The translations under genes were made by a program, and so were the position numbers. From NCBI GenBank assembly GCA_904063045.1, contig CAJFCJ010000013.1, positions 1,532,156-1,596,155 of the forward strand: a DNA stretch of 64,000 bases. The letters are read 5' to 3'. Under the pieces are notes generated by a model. The model was not told where the DNA came from, did not search any database, and was given only the letters and a program-made list of their open reading frames with translations. This DNA is from Dimorphilus gyrociliatus (taxonomy: Eukaryota > Animalia > Annelida). This document shows, one piece after another, positions 27,735 through 44,647 of this stretch; positions within the stretch are counted from its first letter, which is position 1; every line of letters starts with the position of its first letter.

Positions 27735-29474
27735 ATGACTACTGTCAGTGAACCATCAATAGCAGGAGAGAAAATGTCGAAGCTTATGTCTCAACCTCAA
27801 AATATAACGCAATATGAGCCAAAACGCTCTAAAGTTCCCAAAGTAGACCCCATTCGAACTTTAGAGCCTGCAAGAAAAAAAGTATCTACTGTGGAGGCCC
27901 AAAGAGTTCTTCACACTTTACTCGATTCGATCAAGAAATTAGAAATTGCAGTAAACATAGAATATATAATTGACAACATGGAAAGATTTAACGTTGCTTT
28001 TGGGCAAACTTTAGTAAAGAAATTTTTAAATCATCAACAACTATTGGAAAAATTCGACACGCAAGTTTTCGAGATGGAAAAACTCTTTATAGAACAAAGA
28101 CAAAAAAGGATTAGAGAGCTGAAAAGACGGGTTCGTAGAGGTTCTGATATAAGTGGTGAAGAAGATGCTTATTTATTGGAACAAAATTTTGATGAAGAAG
28201 AAGAGGATCATGAAGAACAAGAAGATGAAAGAGAATACGACGATGAAGGGGAGCGAGAAGAACCCGAACAGTCTCAACAAGAAGAGGCAGCTGATCCGAG
28301 TCTTGAAAAAGATCCTGAAACAAAATCAGCTAAAGCCACAGATGATGGCCAATCCGAACAAGTATTAACACCAAGACCACCCTCCACCAGCCGCCCAAGT
28401 AGCACGAAATCATCTGTTAGGAGGGGAACAACACCAACTTCTCAAAAGTCCGTAAGCTCTACTGACTCGAGGATAGTCCAGAATATTAATGAACTACAAC
28501 AGAATCTTATAAGAATTAACTCTTTAATTTCCGATTCTACAAGGAATATCCAAAGGTGTTTTGCAGTTGATCCAGGCGCATATGATGCCTTTCATAAAGA
28601 TATCGATAACGATGAAATTGATTATGACGCTGAAGTTAAACAATTTCTTGAATTTGTTTATGAATTAAGGGTAAGATTAAATGAATTAAGTATTAGAATT
28701 GTATTCGATCTATAATTCTTCTTCTTCTTTTTCTTTTAGAATATCATCACTCGCAAGTTATTGACTTCACCAGTAGAAGAACTTGAAAACAATAAATGTC
28801 TAAAAGAGATAGAAGCACGAGCACGTAATCATATGGATACAATAGCTAAATTAGAAGGTGTACTTAAAGAATTAGAGGAGGAGAAGAACAACGAAATTAA
28901 AGATAAGAATAACATCATTAGAAATCTTCAAAATCAACTACACACTATCGAAAGAGTTTCTGAAGAAAGTATTAAACAAGTTAAATCCGATGCTGACAAA
29001 CAAGAGCTGGCAGATAAGAAAAACTCTGAAGGACGACAAGGTAAACTTGCTCAAGAAGTTGCCGCCCTTAAACAACAATACCAGAACGAATTGCAAGAGC
29101 ACAGAAGCATCGAAGCGGATTTGAGAAACAAGAAGTATAAAAACGAAACCGAAGTTGAAAATTGGATTAACAGATATGATGAAAATATGGGATCAAGACA
29201 GGAGAAATACGAAGAGATCGATGAACAATATACGAAAGAGAAGAAACAATTAAATGAATTAGAAGAACGCTTTAAAACACTGGAAGAAGAATATAAAGCA
29301 ATCATGGCCGAAAGGGAAGCGGAAAGGGAAAGACGAGAAAAGGAGGCGAGAGAATTACAACTATGTATGCAAGCTGCAACAACAATACAAGCTTTCTGGA
29401 GATCATTTAAGGTTAGGAAAGCAATCAGAACTAAGAAGAAGGGCAAGAGAGGCAAGAAGTCAAAGAAAAAATAA
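27735..29474 (+). CDS. IQCD: IQ domain-containing protein D / dynein regulatory complex subunit 10
   Basis: Exons 27735-28670 and 28740-29474 give ELR|NIITRKLLTSP. Also KKYKNETEVENWINRYD, IQ motif AATTIQAFWRSFKVR and a basic C-terminus. Confidence 0.93.
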
Positions 29475-29789
29475 ACTATTCTATTGTTATATACAGTATT
29501 TATATACAAATATACAGTATATATAAATACACTGTATACATTAAAAAACTTTGTCAATTCTTTCTATGGATTAATAATAAATACACTTCAGTTGTATATT
29601 AAAACAGTCTTAACTCAAAAAAACTCCATGTGCAGCGCCATCTGTTACCTAAATTTTTGTCGATAGGGGAATTTCAATGCGAAAATGAATGTAGCATTAA
29701 ATTTCTAAGAGGAAGAAAATATAGCTTTGTAAAATTGGGTGAATAGATATTGACAGAGAATGAAGGAATAAGAGAGAGGAAGGAGAAAT

Positions 29790-31153
29790 ATGGAAAGAAG
29801 CATGAATTCTATAAAATATCTGATATATTGTACATTATTTCTTGGAATAAAATGTGATTTTCAACCTCCAAGAAGCTTGAATAAGACAAACGTTCCCTAT
29901 TTAATTTCTATTATTTTTCGAGGAGATTCAAGCCAAACAATAGACGATTTTGATCTCTGCAAGTTGGAGCAATTATTTAGTTATAAAAGGAAAAATCCAA
30001 ATGGATGTCCTATAAAGGCAACATTCCTTTTAAATAAACCTAAAAAGAACACCAGCTTTAAGGAGAGCGATAAATGCGTTTTAAACAGGTTGGTATATTA
30101 ATTTTAGGTCAAAGATAAAAGAATTAAATCTTTCTTCTCTTCTTCTAATCGTTTTTTCATAGTTTATCAAATTACGGCCATGAGATTGGAGTTAGTATTG
30201 CAGAAAGATATAAAGACCTAGATAAAGAGAAGCAAAGAAATTCATTTTTAAATGGAACTGTTAAAGATTTTGAAACAAAAATTCAACAGGCCGTCAATTA
30301 CTTGACTAATTCAACGAAAATACAAAGAGAAAATATTAAAGGATCATTTGGTTTTGATTGGCCACAATCAATTGACATTCCACTTACCTATTTACAAGCT
30401 ATATATAATGAATTAGGAGATAATTCCTACGATACAACTTTTAAGGACAAGGATTCTCAAAATGGTTTAGCCAAATGGCCGTCTTTTAATAATTTATTAA
30501 ACTTAACAGAAATCTATACACCGAGTTATGCTTCAAAGAAGAAAGGGACAAAACAATATGTTCCATGCTTCGAATTGGGCGCTTCTCATTGTCACCCCGT
30601 TGAAACTGCTGATGAAATTCGTAATATCCTATGGAAGGATTTCGTCGCAAGGGACAAAGAATTTTCTAACAGGGCACCCTTTATTTTAAATGTACCCTTA
30701 TATTCCATAGTTGATTATAGCCACGCTATGATCGCTATCGATCAATTTTTAGATCTGACTCTAAATTTAGGCGACGATGTATGGGTGGTAACAGCCAGTC
30801 AAATGATTGACTGGATAAAATCAAATGAAACTGTACTGAATAATTTGAGAGAGTTTGAAGGATTCGGTTGTAAAGATTTTGGAAAATTTAATAAATTGGT
30901 AAGTAGTTAACAAAAGTCAAAGTAGACAATAAGTGATATTTATAAACTTTATCATTAGAATTGTTCGGCTGTGGCAGACCGATGCTCAGATTTCACTGGC
31001 CTCTTGAAATGTAAGGACAAAAACGACACATCCGAAATAGAATATCCTAACCCAGACTTTGCTAAAATAGATGGAAATATTCTCCTTCTAGTCCAGACTA
31101 TTGTCCTTATTTTAGCCTTTGCAATATTTGTGATGAGGGAAAAAGTTTCTTAG
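29790..31153 (+). CDS. Chitin-deacetylase-like (CE4/NodB fold) protein, catalytic residues degenerate, with signal peptide and C-terminal hydrophobic anchor
   Basis: Exons 29790-30088, 30163-30898 and 30959-31153. Motifs RKNPNGCPIKATF, GHEIGV, RAPFILN and DVWVVTASQMIDW resemble animal chitin deacetylases. The start may be 29802. Confidence 0.8.
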
Positions 31154-31726
31154 CTTGTTTAGATGTTTATTTTGTGTCTAAATAAACTATTAGTTGTTAT
31201 TTTTGCGTTAGTAATAACCAGTAGACAATCAATCGTTTAACACAAATTAGTGTTTTTTCCAAGTAGTAAGATTATAGTGCTAGACATCAAAACTTTGAAA
31301 CACAGCATTAATAAAGAGTACGTAGGAATCTAAATGATTATAGTTTTGCCAGCTGATGTTCATTTCCTATACTTTACACAAAATCCACCCTTAATTGAAT
31401 ATTATTAACAGTAATCACAGAAAGGAGTTTCTAGAAAATTTAATGACCACAAAAAACAGACGATTATCTATATTTTAAGCGCAAAAAAAAATCAGAAAAT
31501 CAAACAAAAACAGTCACAGCAATAATTGATTTAATAACATTCATGGCAACAATAACCAGTACAAAGATGTTTATGCATAAAATTGTAAAAAATATTTTTT
31601 ACTGTTTCACATCTTGGCAAATTATTTAATATATTTTTACTCTAAAATTATTGCCAGCACCGAAACAAACTATATGTGCAAAAATATTTGTCTTTTTTCC
31701 ACAACTTAAGGTAGATATGATCATAG

Positions 31727-34700
31727 TTAAGCCTCAATTTTTACTTCCATTTTTTCTGAATTTTCTATTTTTTCGGCTTTTTCTACATTTTGTACTTTCT
31801 CTTTATCTTCAGTAGTAACTTTTTCTTTTTCATTATCTGGTATCACATTAAAGACAGTGAGATTTTGGAAAAGATCGCTTTTTTTTCTAATCACTGTGCG
31901 TAAGTTTTCTAAATTTTCGTATCTGAAAATAATAAACAATAATAAGAGTTTTACCTAGTAGATTATTATAATTTTATAATTATGATACATACTCTATACG
32001 CATAAACATCATTCCGTTAGCCATATTTAAGGTTTCCATAGTCCATGGAGTGGTTGGTTGTAGTTGAATAGCAAAAGTTTTCAAAAACTCTTGAGCAACA
32101 CCTGGTTCAGTTGCTTTGTCCTGTTCCCTAATGAATTTTTCAAATTTAACAGCCATTTCGGTTAGAAGATTTACACATTCCTTGGATTCAATTGTTCTCT
32201 GATTCTTTTCAGTCAGTATATCGTTATAAATTTCATACGTGTCTCTTTCAAGTTGCAGAGCTTGACGGAAGTCAGCTTGAGATGCATAGCACTTAGACAT
32301 AAGGTGTGTGCTAAGAGCAATTTTGAGACGTTGGTTCTGTAATACCTCATAAGCTGTTTTTGCACTTCTCAAATATCTCAAAGAGTAGTCATACTCGGCC
32401 AAATGGTATAATATAATTCCAATGTTTAAATCAATCAGAGCCAATTGAGGATGGTTTTCTCCTCCAGGATTAGCGACTAAAAATAAGTGGCGAGCCCTAT
32501 AAATGCAGCGTAAACAACTAGCCAACTTATCATGTGCAAAATAGAATAATCCCAAAAGAAGGAAATCCATAACAAGATCAGCATGATCAACTCCTAAAAC
32601 TCTTTCAGTAATAAGAGTAGCCCTCTCCTGCATATTTATAGCTTCTGTGAAATCGGCAAGAACGTAAAACATTTTTGCCAGAAGACGACAACAAGAAGCA
32701 ATGTCTGGATGAAGGAAGCCGTAAGTGTTATTAAACATCGAAAGTGCACCTTGAACATGCTTAAAAGCGATTGGTATTTGGTTACTATTTAAAGCTTTAC
32801 GTCCTAATTCAAGCAACCTATAGGCTGGACCACATTTTGGTTCACAAGCTTTGACAATAGGAAATTGTCCAATAATGTCTTCCTCATAAAAAGATGGTTT
32901 AGCAGTTTTGCTTGATTCAAACTGATATTCCCTGAGATGCAGTTGGATACCATTTGCCTTGCAAAAAGCTCGTAATAGACTGAGCTTGCTTAATTTGTAT
33001 TTTTTAACGGTTGAATCAAGATCAGTGGTTCCCATTTTAAAATAGTAGCACATTTGAATATCTTCGATGATTTTAGTCCAGATAGAATTAGCGGTTTCAC
33101 CAGTCCATTCAATATCTTTTGGAGTTTCTCCATTTGACTGAGGACGCTTTCCCTTCTTTTTATTCCATTTTTTCTTCCGGGGTTGCAGTTCATCGGAATC
33201 GACTAAGTTCATCGCGTTGAAAGTAGCATGCGACAAGAAACAATTTAAGAAATGAGCAATCGCGCCACCCATATGATGCTGTTGAATGTTCTGAACATAT
33301 TCTCTGAAAAATTAAGAAAACTTTTTTAAAAATAACTAACAGCATTTTTCCTATCTAAAATTTTTTATCACATCATACGATCAAGGCTACAACCTTTTCA
33401 CCTTTAAAATAACTGACACCTGACCTTTATATAGTGAACTTTGGATAGTAGCATGCTTTAAACAAAAGATTTAACCAACCTATATACATGTTTAGCAGCT
33501 CTATTGATCAATGACGCAATGCAGATCGGGAACATGAATTTATTTCTCTTAAACGCCTTTGTTACAATTCCGAGATATCTCATATTTATTCCTGACTCAT
33601 GCATCTTGTTTCTAAGCATAAATCCATCAACAACTCCTTGAGATTGATCAACGAATCCCATGATAAATGCTGGTATTGTGCTTGTCAACATAAATTCAGC
33701 AGCTTTCAAAAGTAATCGTTTATCTTTTTCCAAATTTTCCGCTTCCTCTTCGGGAGCTTGAACATTCGAATGGAACGTATTCGGATTAACAGAAAAATTG
33801 AGGCGATTCTGGTCAAGAGAGCCAAGCTCATCAAGTATTTCTATTACTTTCTTTTGCTCTTCTTCAAGAGTTGTTGATACATCACTTTCACATTCAGTTT
33901 CTGGTCCTAGAATAATTTCCAATTGTTTTATCATATCCTGTTTGAAGTCATCATCAGCAAAAGTCTCAAGAATAATTTGTTTAACAATCTCCCGTTGGAA
34001 ATTAGGATGAATTTTTCCTTTAACAGAAATTAGGAAAAATTTAAAACGGGAATCTTTAAATAATCTCCAAAATTCGCGTCGGAAAAAGCAAAATTTATGT
34101 CGAAAATCTCTGGGTAATTTGTAACTAGTCATGGTTTTTGAAATATATTTTTTCTCCAAATCTCCAATGAAATTTGGGTCCTTAGGAAACAAGGTTAACA
34201 AATCGATAATATATGGTCTTCTATCATTACCAATTATTCCTTTACATTCAACAGCAGAGTACAATAAATGTTCTTCGCCAGAAGCATCAAGGACAGTATT
34301 TGGTCTAATATCTAATTCTTTTCCCAAATTTTTCATAATTTCGACGTAAGTCGAATCTGATGAACGAATAGTGTTTCCAAAGTCGAACGATCCATACACC
34401 ACAGAATGCTCCTGATCTTTCTCTAATATTCCAGGAACAATACTTTGAACAGCCACTCTCTGACCTTTATAGTCGACAACCGTTGTCCCAAGCGTATAGA
34501 CCCCTTCAATGTTGGATTGTAAAACGGCATTAACAGCTGCCAAATCGGCCGAGGGGGCTGCGTGAGCTGCTGTGTCTCCTCCAAAAGCAGCATAATGTTC
34601 TTTGACATCATATCCCAAACTTAAAAATAGATTACTCCACAGAAACATTCTATTTTTGGACTCTTCACTTTGATTTATAGCCAGGATATTTCCATCTAAT

Positions 34701-36734
34701 ACTGCCATTGCTCCACGAACAGACACAGATGTAAAGTCTGAGTAGGCTTTAAATATCGAACGCTCTCTAATTATCGTTTGTTCTAGATTTTCACTTGGCA
34801 TATCTTTGGTTGTTTGAAGTTCTTCATTCCAGTCTCGAGCCTGACCAGGTAGATGGTCTTCCAGTGGGTATCGAGTTGAAAAAGCGTCTTCGCCTCTCAT
34901 ATGATCGTAAAAGATTGGTAGCTGAGGAGATAACCAAGAGTGTACTTGATGAGGTGTAACCATTTTTTCAAAAGGGTGCATTAATTTCCTAAAACGCATG
35001 ATTTGAGCATAATTTTTCTTGAAAATAGGACTTATTTGTGAAAGGGTATCCACTAAGCAGTGATTGAGATATTTTGGATTGTCAGGTTTTGGATCGAAAA
35101 CTTCCTCCGTCGATTTATTTACATAGAAGCCTCTTGTACTTGCCGTAATGCTGATCTTTTTATTTTCCATAGTTACAACATGAATATACATAATGTCACC
35201 ATGAAATCTTCGATTAGGTGGTGGAGGATTCCACCCACTTAGAGTAAGAACTTTCACACACTCCGGAACCTATTAAAAAAAAGACAAAAACATATCAGTT
35301 ACTCATTCATCTATCTGCTACATACAATAATCGCTTTCAGTAGTAAATAGTACTACAATATAGATTATAAAATATTTGCATTTACATAAAAGTTTATCAT
35401 AATCATTGATAAATGCAACTAGCACTATCTAGTACTTAAGCAGAAACCCATCAGTAAATATTAAAAGTAATGCTTAAGATATATTTACACATCGTTTATA
35501 TTCGCCACTATCAGAAACATTGGGATGCAAAGGGAGAAGTTTAAGTTGCTTTAGATTCGTTTCTGGAGTTAAATATTCTGGAGGACTGCAGTCACTCTCA
35601 CGGGCAAATCCATTTTCTTTTAATAACATCATATTTTAAGATATTTTAAGAAATTTAAATTCTGTATACAAACCAGCTGATCCTATACAACATCCGCGGG
35701 CAACAACATTCATAAATGACAAAGATTGACCATCAACACCTTGATAGGCATCGATACTTTCAACAGATTTCAACAAGTCCCTTGTATGACGAAAGTGGGT
35801 TTTTGCTTCTCTTGTATTGTATGGTTCTAAAGGAATTATAAAAATATTATAAATATAATACTTTTTTCATACATTAATGACTCACTGACCTTCAACAAAC
35901 TTGATCACGCTATTTTCCGTTAAATTTTCAATTGATCTTACTTCAGAAAATACGTCTAGAGTTGTACCATCTAATTTCAAAGAAAAACAAGTTTTTGCGC
36001 AACAGTCTTCCCGCTCTTGAAGCAATTGGGCTAGAGATTGAATTAGTTCAGATGGAGCAAGCTGCAATGGAAATGAAAACCATTATTTCGATAAGTAATT
36101 TAGCGACACACTAAGTTTTAAAATTGTTCCTTTGTAGTGAAAGGTCAAAAAATCTATTGTAAAGCATGTATAAATATATATTTTTATTCACCTTCAGTTC
36201 AACTCTTTCAGAATTTGGCAACTCAACTACTAAATCGAGAGTGACCTCGTCAAATATGTTGTTTTGTTGAATTCCTTCATGATTTTCATCAGGGTTAACA
36301 GCTGCAGCATTGTTCGATTCTTCAATCTGGCTACCATTTTCAGCAACTTCTTTCTCAACTTCTTTTGTAGTATTTTCACTTGGGGCTGATCCACTTTTAA
36401 TACTTGTTTCGCTTGACTCTGGACGAGTAGAATCTTCTAAGATAAAGAAATCATTAAAATTCAAATTATGACGTAATCGTTCTAGATATTGTAAAACACG
36501 CTTTTTTAAGGTCCAAGGTTTACATGTTTCAGATATTATATACTAAACAGTTGATATTTATTTGTTCTAACGATTTTGTTTTAAATAGCTAATGTATGAC
36601 AGTCATATCTTAAAAATATATTTGATTTTCTTTCGCAAGGACGAAGCGAGCGAAACTGCCGAGGGTCATTGAAGACAAAATGTATTTAAAGTTTAATAAA
36701 TACCTGTTGTAACGTCTCCTAATTTTGTAGGCAT
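31727..36734 (-). CDS. CLUH: Clustered mitochondria protein homolog (Clu/TIF31)
   Basis: Motifs: KVLTLSGWNPPPPNRRFHGD, GQARDWNEELQ, ECKGIIGNDRRPYIIDL, and C-terminal TPR region GFLHPDIASCCRLLA. Exon 1 MPTKLGDVTT splices in phase 1 to EDSTRPE. The last exon ends at TAA 31727. Confidence 0.93.
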
Positions 36735-37195
36735 GTTCCTTTTTCTCTTACTTATTTAAGTAAATAAAAAAGCATTGAAGAGTTTTCTTCTATTAGCGAA
36801 TTTCGAACGAAGTTGAATTTCACGTGTTCTCAGATGCGCTTTGACCGATGCTTCCGGTAGACTTCGAAGGTTAACCATATTTTCGTTGTTTTCCAAAAAA
36901 TTATAAAATATCATGTAATAATTTATTTAATATAAAATAAAGAAATACAGAGTATAAGAAATTTAATGGGACATATACGAAAAAGCAAAGTAATCATCTG
37001 TTGCTTTGAGTGTTTTACGCAAGTTACAAAAATAAACATCGCAACAACAGCAAATCCGATAATCTATCGAAAGTAAAACATATATTTCAGCTTTTTTCCT
37101 TTCTATATAACTAAATCAGATTTTACGTTTGAATACAAAGTTTTTTGAACTAATTTTTAAATTGATAATAATATTTTTAATATTTAACTGATTTT

Positions 37196-37698
37196 ATGAG
37201 CGATAATGTGATAAAAACAGTGAATTACGATGAAATGCTCGATCGCGAAAACCAAAGGAGAACTGAATCGTTAGCTTCAAAAGCAGCTGCCTTAAAAGGA
37301 GTTAGTTGTCAATCTTTTTTATTTAAAAATATAATATCTTCATTTCTATTAATTATTAGTCAATTTCTAGCTGTTCAGTAGTTTGAGCTATAAGTGCTTA
37401 ATACTTGTTCTAGATTGTCGGTGATATTAAACGGGAAGTTCACGGCCAAGTTGACTATCTCTCTGGCATGGTATTTTAAAATATAGGGAATTTGTAGGAT
37501 ATTATTTGAAACTAATATTTCACACAGAATACCGATTTTGACAGCACTGATGGACTATTAGGTGGAAGTGTGAAAAGATTCTCCAATATGCTCAGTGCCA
37601 GAAAAATGAATAGGAAAATTACTTGCTATATCATTCTAGGTTTGGTCGGACTATTTATTCTATTCTATTACATTTTCTCTGGTTTACACTTATATTAA
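37196..37698 (+). CDS. BET1L: Golgi SNARE BET1-like (GS15), ~110 aa
   Basis: Exons 37196-37300, 37414-37470 and 37528-37698. Motifs MLDRENQRRTESLASK and GLLGGSVKRFS, plus a C-terminal TM helix. Confidence 0.92.
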
Positions 37699-38414
37699 CC
37701 TTTGAAAGAACATTAGAAAATATTACCAAATATTCTTGAAAGTCATTTCAATTTCATGAGTGGGAGTTTGGAAAAGTTTCATTTACAACTGAAACAATGT
37801 CTTACAATAATTCATTTTAAATTTTATTAATTTAAAACTTTTCTTTAAAATAATAATGAAAGTATTTTTTTGAATACAACATAAAATATTGATTCCATGT
37901 TACATTTTGTAATATTTTTCCAATATAATCATGAAGTTTTCAGTTAAAAAATTAACTAATTTATTGCAATAAAATCTTAAAGAAAAAACAAACAAAGATT
38001 TTATATTTTAAAAAAAAAAATTTCTTTCTTGTATATTGATCGCATGAAAATGTATGATTTTTATAGCCTCGGTGTGGAATAAGTAACTTGAATTCGTAAA
38101 CCATCTAAATCAATAGTACCAACCAGTGAGAGAAAAATGATTACTTTGAGTAGATTCCAGGTAAAATTTAAAAAGTCGTATCTTGTAAAGTCATCTTTCA
38201 CTATCCAAAGATGTTTTATTTAACTGTGAGGCTAACATACAAGCAGAAAGTTTTAAATAAAAAGTTTAGGGTATATTTCTTTTTAGATAAAAAATAATCT
38301 ATAGATATTTTCTTCAAATGAATAGAATCCGAAAAGTCGTATAAAAATTTCTTGAGAATATAAAGAGTTTTGTCTGCGCTATAAAATATAATCTGTTGGC
38401 ATCGTTAGACAGAT

Positions 38415-40235
<1,821 letters not shown>

Positions 40236-40670
40236 ATTTGTTCGGCAAATTTTAACCCGCAGCTTGGTGGGTCTGTCTAAAACTTGGCGGAACTATAATT
40301 AACTTGTGAAAACGCAAATCAAGTGGCAGGTGGTGAACATATATTCGTTTATAAACTAACTGAGTTATAGATTTAGATAATAGGATATATTAATTGATAG
40401 TTTTTTCTAAATTTAAATTGGAAAATTTAAAAAAACTTGATTTAAGTCTTGAAGGAAAATTTTTTTACAACCTTGTAAACACTATTGCCATATTACAGAT
40501 TGACCAGAGCTCCATAGAGGAAAACTAAATAAATATTGTTAATGAAAAATAGTCACTAAGCAATTCGTAAGATTATGAAAAAAACAAAATACAACAATTT
40601 CCGGCATTTAGAATAGCTAAACTGTATAGGCCAGGGAACCACTTTAATTTTAGTAAAACTGACCTTGCTA

Positions 40671-41708
<1,038 letters not shown>

Positions 41709-41857
41709 ACTGAATACTATTTTATAATCAATTAAAAACGCATAAGTTTTCTGTGTGTTTTATCCATAAAATAAGTCGTTTATTTCATTAACGGTAACAA
41801 AGAATAGTAACTGTTGCTGGAAAATTGAAAATTTCCAAATAAAAATAAGAAAAGAAG

Positions 41858-44647
41858 TTAATCAGAGCACATTTTAAATATCTGTTCGTATTTTACTGTC
41901 CCTTCATCTTGATAATGATAGGTCAAAATGGATTCCATTTGTTCCTCTCTCAATACACTATTCTCGAAAGTATCGTAAGCGTTTGGATCTGATGGGTGTC
42001 TTTGGCGAACTATAGCATCTTGCAGAACATCAGGTAGGGAGGTACCTTCTTGGAGAGGTTTATCCTCAAAACACTCAAGATTTGAAACAGAATACGATTC
42101 AGCTTCAGTGGATATCTTCTCTTTCAATGGCTTCAAGTAAGGTGGACTAGTACCGATAGGACGATGACGAGGAGCTGCCTGACTTTCTAACTCACTTACC
42201 GCCAATTGGCAGCTAAATCTGCATAACAGTATTAACATCAATTAAATTAGGACAAAATATAAAAGCGGAAATTACCTTGCGCTATATCGATGACCTCCGT
42301 TTTGAAATGTTGTAATAAACGATCTTGTTAGTACAACAAATTCAGAAACGAACCATCGGAATTCCTTAGGTAAATAGGGAGCCCATTTTAGAAACCTAAA
42401 TAATGAAATATATAATTTTAGCATATGAATTCTAGTTGTTGGAAGTAAACAATTATACCTTTGGCCTAAGTTTAATACATGATCGACTGGAACTGTTATT
42501 GGTGAAGAAAGCAGAGACACAACTTTGTATATTTTTGATCCATATATAGGTGCAAATAGCCCCTTATTTACCGAATCACAAGCAGCTTGTAAAGCTATAT
42601 TAATAATGATGAAATATAATGGTTCTAAATAACAATAATAATAGTGAATAATAATAATTACCATGAACAACTGTAGGTGGTAAATTTTGGAGAAGAGCAA
42701 TTTTATGCTTTTGTTTACATTCATGGCACTCTTTAACATCGTTCTCTTCTGTATTTTCATCAAAATTCCAATCATTACCTCCATCATTCTCATCAATGCT
42801 GCTATTTTCTTCTGCATCCTCCTCGGGAATGAAAGTTGCTTGAATTTCAAGATGACGAGGACAATTAATGAAATCTAAAACAAAAAGCATAAACTTTTGA
42901 TTTAGTTTTTAATATTAATCCTATTTTATACTGTATATTATATCAAAAGATAGAGATATATGACCTATTTAAATAACTGTAACAATTTATCCTACAGCTT
43001 AAAAAAATAATCTATGAAAAAGAAATAAAGAAAGAGAAAGTAAAAAAAAAAAATTTCAAATGACTTTCAATACAAAGAAAGGCCAACTTTGGAAGTTGAA
43101 AGTCACGTATTTATATGAATTTTATAGATGTACGCAATGTAATATGAAATACAGAGAAAGTACAAAAAAAACAGCTGTTGCCTCTGTTTTGCTTTTTTAC
43201 CCTCCATTATTTTGTTAGCTTTTAAATACAATAAATATAAAAAAAGAGAACTCGGTCAAGGGTTCAATAGTTAGATAGTTTATAGAGCGGACCTAGTTTC
43301 TTCGGTTGAATTCATATTGAGGTCATGTTTTTCTTTCTCTCTTTCTCTATATCTCTGTGTACAAGTAGATTTGCATTAAATTACTTACTATTCTTTTTTA
43401 AGAATGTTAGAGCGTCGTCAAATCCCTGACGACACATGTCGCTTAGCACCGTTGGATGGGGAGGGAAGAGGGCATGGCTTAGTCTATATATATTACTGCA
43501 TGTAAATTGAATACTGGTATTCGATAAATTCATATGCCAGAAATTTGAAGAAGGATCTTCGGGGCAAATATCACTTTCGCCAGCGAATGGTGATACCGTA
43601 ATTGTATTTTCGTCAAATACAGGAATGTTTACCGTCAATCCACCATCAACGTAACACTATTGAAAAGAAAGAAAGAACGTTTTTTAAGGGATTTTTTTTC
43701 ATTTTTTCAATATCATAACAAAGGATCTTTTTTAGGCGAAGAGGAAATATACATACTTCTCCTCTAAAATAGGGCGGAAGAAGTCCACAGTAGAAAGGGA
43801 CAAAGGCACTGCAAATTAAAGCCTGTACAAAAGGAGAAAGAATTTTATTAAATTTGTATTAATTTAAATAATATAAACAAACCTCGATTAAGTCATCTTT
43901 AGAGTAAAATTTTGAAATAATTACGTTCTTCTTATCTTTAACTCTTGTTAAAGATATAAAGAGCTTCCCAGAGCAGATAAGGTGAGCATTATCTGGTAGA
44001 ACCTATGAATAATTTACAACAAGGTCAAGATTTACGTAATTTTTCATCGTTCTATTATCCTATAAGTACGTGATGGCTTGATTATTTTGATAGAATAAAA
44101 GAAAAAGAATAGAAGATAAAACTATCTTAAAATTGGTGCAATTATCTAAAAATGGTAAACATATTTACTAAAAAGTTTTCTATTATTATTTAGTATACAA
44201 TGCTAGTTTCTCTTTTCTTTTAATGAATAAAGAAAAAGCTGATGTCATCTAAAAGGTTAGATTGTTCTAGTTTAGAAATTACGTATTAAAGTTATAAACT
44301 ACCTCGCTTAGACCGTCATGCAATAATCTCATAGCATTAAATTTTGGGCTTAGGGGTCCAATTGAAGACTGCCTAGCTATGGTTGCAGCTCTCAGTGTAA
44401 ACGATGTACACTCTCCTGTATAGGATTAGTTGGTAACTAAATTTTTATTTAAATGTTAAATCTTCCTACCTAAACAACAGCCAGACATTAAAGCACAGGC
44501 TACCAAAGAACCAGCACTAGCACCTGATAATTTACCACTTAATAAATGAGGTGCATACTCTTTCAAGCAAGTTGCAACTCCAACATGATAAATACCCAAA
44601 AATCCACAGCCGGCAAAAGAAATCGTTGGCTCTGAATTTTTCTGCAT
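41858..44647 (-). CDS. PNPLA2: Patatin-like triglyceride lipase (ATGL/brummer type)
   Basis: GCGFLG, GASAG and YVDGGL catalytic motifs are intact. The C-terminal CHECK and [14 protein letters not shown] segments match the ATGL/brummer family. Confidence 0.92.
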
